Below are positions 8,718-16,313 of a stretch of 40,000 bases of DNA, one piece after another (within the stretch, counting starts at the first letter, position 1; the number at the start of each line of letters is the position of its first letter). A program made the translations under genes and the position numbers. Below the pieces are notes generated by a model. That model did no database searches. It was not told the DNA's origin and saw only the letters and a list, made by a program, of their open reading frames with translations. The DNA lies in contig NZ_LN831304.1 in assembly GCF_001488575.1 (NCBI RefSeq), forward strand, positions 52,626 through 92,625. The letters are read 5' to 3'. This DNA comes from Halobacterium hubeiense. Lineage in GTDB: Archaea > Halobacteriota > Halobacteria > Halobacteriales > Halobacteriaceae.

Positions 8718-8925
8718 GCTACCACATCGAGGCTGACAAAGAACTCGATATCCAGGCAACGGGGTCCACAAAACGTCTCCTCCCCTGTTCGTGAAGCGGT
8801 ACGCCGATCGCGGCGGGTACGCATTCGTCAGCCTATGCGACTGGCGTTATTTCCTACTCATAGCCCCTCTTTACCCCCAGAATCGGTAGATGCTACAGCG
8901 TGTGTTTAATATCGAACCTGGATGT

Positions 8926-9393
8926 CTACCGTTCTCGGGCGATCGACGATGACTCTGAAGGGAGTTGTGGGCCGCCACAGACCGCATTGAAGTACACTTG
9001 TTCCGCGTGAATCGAACGGTTCTCTACGTCGGCTAACAGACATACCTCCTCCCCCTGATGATTCTGCAAAGCACTCATATCGAACTGACCAAAGCAGGCG
9101 AGCGTTGATTCGTTCAGCACGGTTGCCTTGTAACACCGCTGTACGTCCGTGTGGTTCGTTATTGTGACCGGAACAACGGTGTCGTTGCCCTGTTCAACAT
9201 ACACCGTGTCGGCTTCAACGCGGGCAGCTGTTCCGGACAGCCAGAACGACGCAGACTCTAGCGGTTGGACGGTGTTTTCTGACGTAGTGTGGGGTGTCTG
9301 TGCTGGTGGTGACGTCGGGGAGGCCACGGAGCCAATACAGCCCGATAGAAGGACGAGTGTTACGAGGGCGAACGTTTGGAGTCGAGGTCGCAT
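8926..9393 (-). CDS. Secreted lipoprotein, hypothetical
   Basis: The N-terminus MRPRLQTFALVTLVLLSGC carries a lipobox. GC content looks lower than in the neighbouring genes. Confidence 0.6.
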   Translation of the reverse strand: MRPRLQTFALVTLVLLSGCIGSVASPTSPPAQTPHTTSENTVQPLESASFWLSGTAARVEADTVYVEQGNDTVVPVTITNHTDVQRCYKATVLNESTLACFGQFDMSALQNHQGEEVCLLADVENRSIHAEQVYFNAVCGGPQLPSESSSIARER

Positions 9394-9495
9394 ATGTGAG
9401 TAGTGGTTGGTCTACTGGATAATGGTCTTGCCCGGACAAATGGCTCTTTGAGCGGCAGTTTGAGAACCACCCAAGCGAGAAGTGGAGTGGCCAGC

Positions 9496-10071
9496 TTAGG
9501 TTCGATACCAGGCCCAGCCAGCAACTAGAATCAGTCCGACTGCGAATACGACGAGACCAGCCGGGAGCCCCCAAAGGGGGTCCGGCTGGTTCATCTCCGG
9601 ACCGGGTCCAGTAAAGGTTACTTCGACAGTCGTCGCCCGGATGCGTGTGACGATCCACTGGGCGAGGAGACTCAATACGCCGATGATGCCGACGACACCC
9701 AGTACGTCCTTTAGCTGCTCGCTCGACATCGGCTTCGTCTCGGAGGACTGCGCCACAAGTATCAGTGGGTCATGCGTAGGGCCGTAGAGCGTCATCTGAT
9801 TGCCCGACTCTGCGTGCGCAGTTCCGACGTCCATAATTATTCCTGCCGTCTCCAGTTTCCCAAGATGGTATTGCACGTTCTGGAGTGAGGTGTCAACGTC
9901 ATCAGCGAGTTCCGAGGCGGTTCGTGGTTCCTGATAGATGGCGGCGGTAACGTCACGTGCGGTATCAGATGCTAATGCCTCGCACACTGGATCGGCGGCA
10001 TCATCACCGATCTCAATCAGTTGCTCTTCTGCTGGATTTTCACGTGTGGAAAAAGAAAAGATTCGGCTCAT
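9496..10071 (-). CDS. ArsR-like winged-HTH protein with C-terminal transmembrane segments
   Basis: PRTASELADDVDTSLQNVQYHLGKLETAGII is ArsR-type. There are two hydrophobic helices near the C-terminus. Confidence 0.7.
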   Translation of the reverse strand: MSRIFSFSTRENPAEEQLIEIGDDAADPVCEALASDTARDVTAAIYQEPRTASELADDVDTSLQNVQYHLGKLETAGIIMDVGTAHAESGNQMTLYGPTHDPLILVAQSSETKPMSSEQLKDVLGVVGIIGVLSLLAQWIVTRIRATTVEVTFTGPGPEMNQPDPLWGLPAGLVVFAVGLILVAGWAWYRT

Positions 10072-10356
10072 TGTGGGCTGTGCGTCTGTACTACCTAGGT
10101 TCGGATAATCATAATGACCAGTTCAATCGTTCTTTTAGTAGCCTGAATTTCCGCGATATATCTTCAGTTGGGTTCCAAAATCCGACTCAGTACCCTCGTG
10201 TGGTAATTCGTGCATAGTCCGCAGTGTCACTGTATGTTCTGATGTGATTAGCAGGCCACGGTTAACAGGAATCAAATCGGTCACAGATGACTCAGACACC
10301 ACTACTGCGCGCAACCGCCCGCAACGATCAAACTCACGACCCGATCGACGAGTAGC

Positions 10357-10386
10357 GTTGTTCGTCCCCCGGGAGGGGTGCGGGGC
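10357..10386 (+). promoter_or_regulatory. T-box/hairpin module b
   Basis: GTTGTTCGTC-CCCC-gggaGGGGTGC-GGGG, followed by the GCAGTCGC box and an SD. Confidence 0.65.
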
Positions 10387-10422
10387 GATCCAGTCGCAGT
10401 CGCCCCGTGAGGTGATTGCTCG

Positions 10423-11085
10423 ATGGGACACCGCGCACTCGTTGCGTACGAACGCACAGGCGGACAGTACACGCTCCACTACAGCCACTGGGGCGCAGCG
10501 AACCTGAAGCTCAAGCACCGAATCTCGGCTGAGACGCCGTTCGGTGGCGACGACACTGACTCCAAGTGGGCGAAACAGCTGCTGACGGAACTGGCCGATG
10601 GCCTCGAGGCAGAAGCCGTCGACGGTTACCTCGCTGGCGAGGATCGGCCGTCGACGGTCGTCGAGCCGAAGCCCCGTGCCACCGGGCTCACCTTCGACGA
10701 GATCGTCGCGGACCATCTCGACTACCTCCACCACGAGGCGTTCTTCGTGGTGTCGACGACGTTCGAGGTGACCGCCTATCGGACGCTGTGGTTCGGGCTC
10801 CAGTACGACTCGGAGACGGTCGAACAGGGAGAAACAGTCGGGAACGGCGCGCTCGCGACGGTGCGCTGGTACGACGGCGAGCCGGTCGGCGACGGCCACC
10901 TGCAGGGCCAGTTCGCGGCCCTCAAAGACGTCGTCGGCGATATGCTCGACAAGGGCGTCTTCACGCCGTCGACGGCGAGACAGTACCTGAAACGGAAGCT
11001 GGCCGAGCGAGTTGGAGACCGACAGGAGCTGCTCATTCCGACCGGAGAGTCACCCTTCGAGAAGGCGAGTCTGAACCACTCCTAG
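10423..11085 (+). CDS. Hypothetical protein
   Basis: A 220-aa acidic ORF with the SD GAGGTGAT 8 nt upstream, preceded by module b. Confidence 0.7.
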   Translation: MGHRALVAYERTGGQYTLHYSHWGAANLKLKHRISAETPFGGDDTDSKWAKQLLTELADGLEAEAVDGYLAGEDRPSTVVEPKPRATGLTFDEIVADHLDYLHHEAFFVVSTTFEVTAYRTLWFGLQYDSETVEQGETVGNGALATVRWYDGEPVGDGHLQGQFAALKDVVGDMLDKGVFTPSTARQYLKRKLAERVGDRQELLIPTGESPFEKASLNHS

Positions 11086-11110
11086 GTCGATCTGCTTCGT
11101 GGCAACTGCT

Positions 11111-11139
11111 GTTTTTCAGGGTCGGAATGGGTGAGCCCC
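11111..11139 (+). promoter_or_regulatory. T-box/hairpin module m (degenerate stem)
   Basis: GTTTTTCA-GGG-tcggaATGGGTGAg-CCC. The loop is conserved, but the stem is weak and of opposite polarity. Confidence 0.4.
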
Positions 11140-11158
11140 GCCGTAGGCTCGTGATTCG

Positions 11159-11575
11159 ATGACCTCAGAGGACGACCCGTTTCACGACTGCGAGTTGGAT
11201 CCCGAAGCGATCCTCGGAACACACACCTTCGAAGGCGTCCTGTTCACCGACGAGACAGAAACCCCGGTGAACGTGCTCACCGGCGAGACACCGGCACATT
11301 CGCGAGCGACAGTCGAGGAAGCGAAGGAGTTCGCTGCGAGTATCGACACGGAGACGCCCCAAATCGCGCTCCCCGCATCCGTCGAGTCGCAGGTCGAAAC
11401 CCAGAGCAAGCCCTACACGGCGGCCGCATTCTTCCACTTCAAGGCGACTGGCTCGCTCGAACGCCACCGCGCCTACCACGCCGCCTACGAGGCGGATGCG
11501 TTCGCGGTCGACTTCGAGGCAGACTACGAATCGGGCGACCTGACTATCACTGTCGAACGAGCGGACGAGGCCTGA
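11159..11575 (+). CDS. Hypothetical acidic protein
   Basis: A 138-aa ORF preceded by the degenerate module m. Confidence 0.55.
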   Translation: MTSEDDPFHDCELDPEAILGTHTFEGVLFTDETETPVNVLTGETPAHSRATVEEAKEFAASIDTETPQIALPASVESQVETQSKPYTAAAFFHFKATGSLERHRAYHAAYEADAFAVDFEADYESGDLTITVERADEA

Positions 11576-11596
11576 GAATCCGCCGTCACGAGGAGA

Positions 11597-11628
11597 GTTT
11601 TTCGAGCGCCGGCGATGGGTGCCGGCGC
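11597..11628 (+). promoter_or_regulatory. T-box/hairpin module c
   Basis: GTTTTTCGA-GCGCCGGC-GATGGGT-GCCGGCGC. The stem is 8 bp. Its 24-nt core is identical to that of module d. Confidence 0.75.
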
Positions 11629-11679
11629 AGCTGGAGCGAGCAACGACCCCCGGTGCGTCGGCGTTTCGAGGTGTTCGAG

Positions 11680-12171
11680 ATGCATATGGTGATATACGCA
11701 CTCGTAGAGGCATCGACGCACGACGACGCGCTGGCCACCGGAAAGTCGGTGTTCGACCGCCTGGTCGGCGCGGACCCACACGCCGGCGCCGTCTTCGACT
11801 ACTACGTCACGTTCGATGAGGAGGACACGTCAGTTGCGGGGAAGGCGCGATGGGGTGAGCTCCCGACTGCAGCCCCCGTCGATTCTGATGACGGCCAGGA
11901 TCTCCTCGAGCGTGGCTGGGAGGCGACGAAGGAAGAGTTCGAGCGTAATCTCGATCGGGTGAAGGAGGCCATCGACGAGCTCTCCGACGAGGAGATCATG
12001 CGCGACGAGGACCTCGCCCGGCACGCCTTCCACAAGGTCGGTGCGTACGACGGCCCGACGATCTTCCTGTATACCGAACACGGAACCGGCATTCGCCACC
12101 GTGGACAGCTGGATCGACTCCTCGAGGCGAGTGAAGAGCTCTGGATCGTACCCGCTGACGTCCACTTCTGA
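11680..12171 (+). CDS. Hypothetical protein
   Basis: This uses ATG 11680 within track ORF 11653..12171, with GAGGTG 7 nt upstream. It is preceded by module c. Confidence 0.65.
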   Translation: MHMVIYALVEASTHDDALATGKSVFDRLVGADPHAGAVFDYYVTFDEEDTSVAGKARWGELPTAAPVDSDDGQDLLERGWEATKEEFERNLDRVKEAIDELSDEEIMRDEDLARHAFHKVGAYDGPTIFLYTEHGTGIRHRGQLDRLLEASEELWIVPADVHF

Positions 12172-12174
12172 ATA

Positions 12175-12543
12175 ATGCCTCCCATCACCAACTGGCGACG
12201 CGAGAGCCGCTCGCCGACGCTTGCGTATCGGAACACCGAGACCGGGGCGCGAGCCGTCCTGCATCGAGCCCCGGATTCCTACCGATACAAATGGCGTGGG
12301 GCAATCCTCGTCGACGGCTACCCCGTCTGGTCGCGGGGATATGAGACGAAGGATGCGACGTCGTTCCGTGACAAACTCCGGGAGCGGCCCACGCCGGACC
12401 TCAGCTGTCCGGAATGTCCGAACAACGACGTTCGCGTCGGCGAGAAGGCAGCAGACGGGGCGAACGTCCAGCGGTGGTATGACTGCCCCGACTGTGGGTA
12501 CGAAGCCCCCTCACGCATCGTCTACGGACGGAGTACGCCGTGA
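12175..12543 (+). CDS. Zinc-ribbon hypothetical protein
   Basis: It contains CPECPNNDVRVG..YDCPDCGYEAP and starts 3 nt after the previous stop. Confidence 0.6.
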   Translation: MPPITNWRRESRSPTLAYRNTETGARAVLHRAPDSYRYKWRGAILVDGYPVWSRGYETKDATSFRDKLRERPTPDLSCPECPNNDVRVGEKAADGANVQRWYDCPDCGYEAPSRIVYGRSTP

Positions 12544-12651
12544 CTCAGGGCTTGACTCCGAGAGTGAAGGCCGTACGTTCCGCTAAGGAACAGGTATGCG
12601 TGGTTCGTTCGCTTCTCGCTTATATGGAGGATCAGCCACCGATCGAATTAA

Positions 12652-12670
12652 GTATATCCAAAGGATATAC
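12652..12670. repeat. Perfect palindrome GTATATCC-aaa-GGATATAC, 6 nt upstream of the DUF2080-like start
   Basis: Read directly from the sequence. It could be a TATA-containing operator or a left-end structure of the IS. Confidence 0.6.
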
Positions 12671-12676
12671 ACCGAT

Positions 12677-12832
12677 ATGGCGAATCGGTTTCAAATCGAC
12701 GGCGAGGAAGTTCTCGACGGCCAAGTCAAGGAGTTCGGGAACAGCGCCCACGTCACCGTCCCCAAACGCTGGCGTGGGGCTAACGTGAAAGTCGTCCGTA
12801 CCTCAGAACCAACCGAACAAGACGAAGAATGA
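12677..12832 (+). CDS. DUF2080-like / AbrB-SpoVT-like transposase-associated small protein
   Basis: MANRFQIDGEEVLDGQVKEFGNSAHVTVPKRWRGANVKVVR. Its stop overlaps the tnpB start (ATGA). Confidence 0.75.
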   Translation: MANRFQIDGEEVLDGQVKEFGNSAHVTVPKRWRGANVKVVRTSEPTEQDEE

Positions 12833-14106
12833 CTGATTCACAGGCTCTCATCAAGACGCTGGACTTCCAGCTCGACATCCAGAGCGATAATGAGAGCCTG
12901 CTGTACGACGCCACCCTCGAAGCGAGGTCGGTATACAACCAATCTATCCGACTCGCCAAGGAAGGTGTGGATTGGAACGTCATTCCCGACCGCGTGGCCG
13001 AGGACGCCAGCCTCGTGAAAAACACGATACAGCGCGTCGTCGCCAAAGCACTCGGTGCGATGGAGAACTACTACGAGTATGACGACTACAACAAACCCAG
13101 CCACACCAAAGACGGAACGTACCCGCTCCGGGCGAACTACGAGGAGGGGTACAACCTGTCACTCACCGACGACGGCGACGTGGCGTTCCGGATCAGCGCG
13201 AAGCCCTACAAGCACGTCAAGGGCGTCCTCGATGGTGACGACGCTCATCTCGACATTCTCAAGACCGCCCTCGAAAGCGATGCATGGACGATTGGGACGG
13301 CGGAAGCCCTGTTCCGAAACGGCAACGCCGAGCTGCACGTCAACGTAACTAGCTCCGAGGGGACCGTTCGAGACAAGGAAAATTCACGGACAGTCGTTGG
13401 CGTGGATGTCAACGAGGACAATGTGGCGCTGACTGCACTCTCCAAGGGCAGTGTCGAGGACACAGTCGTTATCGAATTTCCGGACATCAAGTTCAAGCGC
13501 CACCGCTATTTCACGATGCGGAAGCGCGTGCAGAACGCGGGGAAGGACAGCATCCACGACACGTTGGAAGGACGTGAGGAACGGTTTGTCCGCGACCGAC
13601 TCCACAAAGTGAGCCGTCATATCGTCGAGTGGAGCCAGCAGTTCGAGAAGCCGTGCATCGTCTTTGAAGACCTCAAAGAGATGCGCGATGGCCTCGACTA
13701 CGGATGCCGGATGAACCGACGCTTGCACCGCCTCCCGTTCCGCGCGCTTCAGCACTACACGTCCTACAAGGCAGCATTCGCGGGTATTCCGACGGCTTGG
13801 ATCAATCCCGAATACACGAGCCAATGCTGTCCGATGTGCGGTCATACGGAACGATCGAACCGTCACAAGAAGCGGTTCAAGTGCCAGTCCTGTTCGCATC
13901 AAGACCACGCCGACCGGAGTGCAAGCGTGAATATCGCCGTGAAAGGTATCGAAGAGCATCAAGAGTGGACTGTGCCTGCTCTCAACAGCCTTCCCACTGT
14001 GCGGACGGTGCGACGGCAGGCATCGGGGGCCGTGGACGCCCCGACCGTGACCCACGACGCCGTTCGAGGCTATCAGACCGATGGCGTCGCGGGAGTGTCC
14101 GACTAA
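12829..14106 (+). CDS. tnpB: TnpB (RNA-guided endonuclease, IS200/IS605 OrfB)
   Basis: RuvC-I is VVGVDVNEDN and RuvC-II is PCIVFEDLKEM. The zinc finger plus RuvC-III is CCPMCGH..FKCQSCSHQDHADRSASVNIA. Confidence 0.9.
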   Translation: MTDSQALIKTLDFQLDIQSDNESLLYDATLEARSVYNQSIRLAKEGVDWNVIPDRVAEDASLVKNTIQRVVAKALGAMENYYEYDDYNKPSHTKDGTYPLRANYEEGYNLSLTDDGDVAFRISAKPYKHVKGVLDGDDAHLDILKTALESDAWTIGTAEALFRNGNAELHVNVTSSEGTVRDKENSRTVVGVDVNEDNVALTALSKGSVEDTVVIEFPDIKFKRHRYFTMRKRVQNAGKDSIHDTLEGREERFVRDRLHKVSRHIVEWSQQFEKPCIVFEDLKEMRDGLDYGCRMNRRLHRLPFRALQHYTSYKAAFAGIPTAWINPEYTSQCCPMCGHTERSNRHKKRFKCQSCSHQDHADRSASVNIAVKGIEEHQEWTVPALNSLPTVRTVRRQASGAVDAPTVTHDAVRGYQTDGVAGVSD

Positions 14107-14180
14107 TCCACGGGAAGTCTCGAGGACCGTTCTCGAGACAGTTCACGGCGCCGAACGGTGAGCGGGTGGATCCCCGCTGG
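14107..14180 (+). ncRNA. Candidate 3' part of the TnpB omega/reRNA scaffold (right end of the IS)
   Basis: The hairpins are GTCTCGAG-gaccgtt-CTCGAGAC (14117..14139) and AGCGGG-tggatc-CCCGCT (14161..14178), plus the palindrome CGGCGCCG. TnpB guide RNAs are known to derive from the tnpB 3' end and right end. The true 5' end probably lies inside tnpB. Confidence 0.4.
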
Positions 14181-14185
14181 CCGCT

Positions 14186-14218
14186 GTTTTTCGGCCGGGC
14201 ACGAGGTGGTAGCCCGGT
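14186..14218 (+). promoter_or_regulatory. T-box/hairpin module l, immediately right of the IS
   Basis: GTTTTTCGG-CCGGG-cacGAGGTGGTAg-CCCGG. Confidence 0.55.
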
Positions 14219-14238
14219 ACGACCGGGTGAGTCAACCA

Positions 14239-14634
14239 ATGAGCCTCGAAGAACTTGACCGACACAGCGAGGCACTGTTCGAGTTCCTCTGGTGCCCCGT
14301 CTGCGGGCAGGAGGTCTTCACTCACATCCCCTTCGAGGGGGTGTTCTGCAAGAACTGCAACACCCAGGTCGAACTCCAGGAATCCCGAGAGACGCGCGGC
14401 TACGAGGAGGCCGTGCTCGCCTGCTTCGATTCTACCACGACCTGGAACCTCCACGTCGACGAGAAACTGCGCCGCGACCTGCCTGATGGGTCGGCGCGCG
14501 TGAAGATCCTCGGTGCACCGGGCGCCTATAAGGTCGACTGGTGGAGTCCAGAGCCGGGTGAGGACTGGGAACCTGTCGAGCGCGGCGAGTTCGACGACAT
14601 CGAAGAACCATCAGAGGTGTCGCACCTGGCGTAG
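14239..14634 (+). CDS. Zinc-ribbon hypothetical protein
   Basis: This uses ATG 14239 within track ORF 14158..14634. It contains CPVCGQEV..FCKNCNTQV and is preceded by module l. Confidence 0.6.
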   Translation: MSLEELDRHSEALFEFLWCPVCGQEVFTHIPFEGVFCKNCNTQVELQESRETRGYEEAVLACFDSTTTWNLHVDEKLRRDLPDGSARVKILGAPGAYKVDWWSPEPGEDWEPVERGEFDDIEEPSEVSHLA

Positions 14635-14656
14635 AGCACGCGTTAGGGCGGTGAAT

Positions 14657-15547
14657 TTACGCCCGACACACGTCGCAGGACCCGCATCCACGAGGGGTTC
14701 GCTCGTCGAAGTAGAGACGGCGCCATCGAGCAAACTGATCCGCATACGTGTCCTTGCTGTACGGGAATTGGTACAGATTGACCCCGTCCGGCAGGTCTGT
14801 GATTTCGGGCGCGTCTACGCCGGGGAATCCGTTACGAAACACGAGATCTTCTGTTTTGGACACCAGCTCAGGAGCAACTGTGGATGGGTCCGTGGCCTTC
14901 AAGAAGTAGAGTGATGGGATGAACTCTTTCGGGTCGAAGAATCCGTTGGCGTGCAGAATCCACCCACAGAGCCACAGATACGCCTTCTCACTGGAGAAGA
15001 AGACTCCGTAGTGGTTGTCCGATTGCCGGCGTTTGTACACGAACACGGGGAGACCATAGCTGAAGCCGACTCGCGTTGGTTCTGCGTGGATATAGCAGTC
15101 CTCACGGTCGATGTAGTGGACCAGCGGAGCTTGACACAGCTTTCCCGGGTGCTCACCAGTGCCGATCTGCTCCCACAGCTCCGAGACGGAAGCCACGTCG
15201 GCGCTCTCGTCCTCGAGAGTCGTATCATCGATTGCACGATGGACGGGCGCAGCAGACTGAATCTCCTCGGGGAGATCGTCGCTGGACAGCTTCGCCGTCT
15301 CTCGGTCAGGGAGTGTCCGATAGAAGTGTTTATAGAAGCCCTCACGACGCCGCTTATCGGCGAGCGTTTCGCACCGGGCGCAGTCCTCGATGAACATCGC
15401 TGGCACCACCCGGTCTGGATTCTCGGCGGCCTCCTCGTACAGACTACGCTGTCGTTCGGCCCGCCTGGCAATCTCATCCGGATCGGGGAGCGGTGAGCCC
15501 CTCTCAGACTCAGATGACATACGCATACCTTTGGGCTGGAAGAGCAT
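14657..15547 (-). CDS. Hypothetical protein with a C-terminal Cys cluster
   Basis: A 296-aa ORF ending GCGSCDVCRA. Alternative starts are at 15526 and 15520. Confidence 0.6.
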   Translation of the reverse strand: MLFQPKGMRMSSESERGSPLPDPDEIARRAERQRSLYEEAAENPDRVVPAMFIEDCARCETLADKRRREGFYKHFYRTLPDRETAKLSSDDLPEEIQSAAPVHRAIDDTTLEDESADVASVSELWEQIGTGEHPGKLCQAPLVHYIDREDCYIHAEPTRVGFSYGLPVFVYKRRQSDNHYGVFFSSEKAYLWLCGWILHANGFFDPKEFIPSLYFLKATDPSTVAPELVSKTEDLVFRNGFPGVDAPEITDLPDGVNLYQFPYSKDTYADQFARWRRLYFDERTPRGCGSCDVCRA

Positions 15548-15678
15548 CAGTTTCCGAGCAAGGACCCCACCCGACTGCCATCTTGCGAATTCCGGAATCC
15601 GTTTTTAACCGGGTTTAAGTTTCTCAGTTTCAGCCATTCGTCGAGATCCCAGAGACCCCACTCGATTCAGGAGAGGTT

Positions 15679-15707
15679 GTTTCTGCGCCGGCGATGGGTG
15701 CCGGCGC
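15679..15707 (+). promoter_or_regulatory. T-box/hairpin module d
   Basis: GTTTCT-GCGCCGGC-GATGGGT-GCCGGCGC. A third complementary copy, GCGCCGGC, lies at 15712..15719. Confidence 0.75.
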
Positions 15708-15727
15708 ACACGCGCCGGCGGTGATCG

Positions 15728-16300
15728 ATGTCGACACGAAGTCAACTCCGATTCATCCAACGGAGCGAGACCGCAGGCGAACAGTCCGATACCGACCGCA
15801 TCGCACAAATCTACCGCCACTCGGACGGCTATCCCGACAGCGTCCTCCGTGACCTTGTCCAGCTGAAGGAACTGCTCGACGAGACACGAACAGAGCGCGG
15901 GCCTGCGTACGCAGCTGCCCAGTTCCTGTTCCTCGACACGCTCTCGACGATGACCCTCTACGTGGACGAAGGGCGTGATCGGAGCATCCACGCTGACCAA
16001 CCCTCGGATCTCCTCGAGCCGGACAATATGGAGCACCTCGACCAGCCGATGTTTCTGCTCGGACACGGGGTCGAGAATCCGGCCGACGGCATCCACGGCG
16101 ACGAAGAGTACCTCTACGTCGTTGAACTCCCGACCCGGAACCCGTTCGACGACCCCTCCGAGTGGACCGTCAAGGTGAGTGGTCATTCCGCGTTCCCCCG
16201 GTGGGATGGTCCGACCGAGGAAGCCTTCGAGCGGGCCAGCTGGCAGTTCCACGGCCCGCTTGAGCACGCGCTCGAAGAGCTGGTCGCTGAGCCGGCGTGA
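15728..16300 (+). CDS. Hypothetical protein
   Basis: A 190-aa acidic ORF with the SD GGTGATC directly upstream, preceded by module d. Confidence 0.65.
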   Translation: MSTRSQLRFIQRSETAGEQSDTDRIAQIYRHSDGYPDSVLRDLVQLKELLDETRTERGPAYAAAQFLFLDTLSTMTLYVDEGRDRSIHADQPSDLLEPDNMEHLDQPMFLLGHGVENPADGIHGDEEYLYVVELPTRNPFDDPSEWTVKVSGHSAFPRWDGPTEEAFERASWQFHGPLEHALEELVAEPA

Positions 16301-16313
16301 ACGCTTAGCCCGC

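Larger units (their letters stand above)
12545..14180 (+). mobile_element. IS1341-like (IS200/IS605 family, TnpB-only) insertion sequence carrying DUF2080-like and tnpB genes. The ends are approximate.
   Basis: It has the gene pair typical of haloarchaeal TnpB elements. An 8-bp palindrome sits at the left side (12652..12670) and stacked hairpins follow the tnpB stop (14117..14178). Exact termini cannot be set without a second copy. Confidence 0.55.

Noticed and set aside
8775-8822. A module-like CTGTTCGTG followed by the hairpin GTACGCCG-atcg-CGGC(GG)GTAC
   Set aside because: The T-rich box and a hairpin are present, but the conserved GA(G/T)GGGTG loop is missing and no plus-strand gene follows. 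It may be a decayed copy, so I did not count it.
8661-8909. An 82-aa plus-strand ORF downstream of the large TnpB-like gene
   Set aside because: Its translation is basic and Arg/Ser-rich, and it spans hairpin-rich sequence. It is more likely non-coding (RNA scaffold or terminator region).
9495-9515. tRNA T-arm-like strings: ggttcgatacc at 9499..9509 and gggttccaaaatcc at 10169..10182
   Set aside because: No complementary T-stem, acceptor stem or anticodon arm can be drawn. The first lies inside a CDS. I therefore see no support for a tRNA gene or a tRNA-derived att site.
10135-10899. A 254-aa minus-strand ORF
   Set aside because: It is antisense to 10423..11085, which has an SD and a module upstream. 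It also extends across the non-coding spacer and module b.
13384-14055. A 223-aa minus-strand ORF inside tnpB
   Set aside because: It is antisense to a gene with a complete RuvC/zinc-finger motif set.
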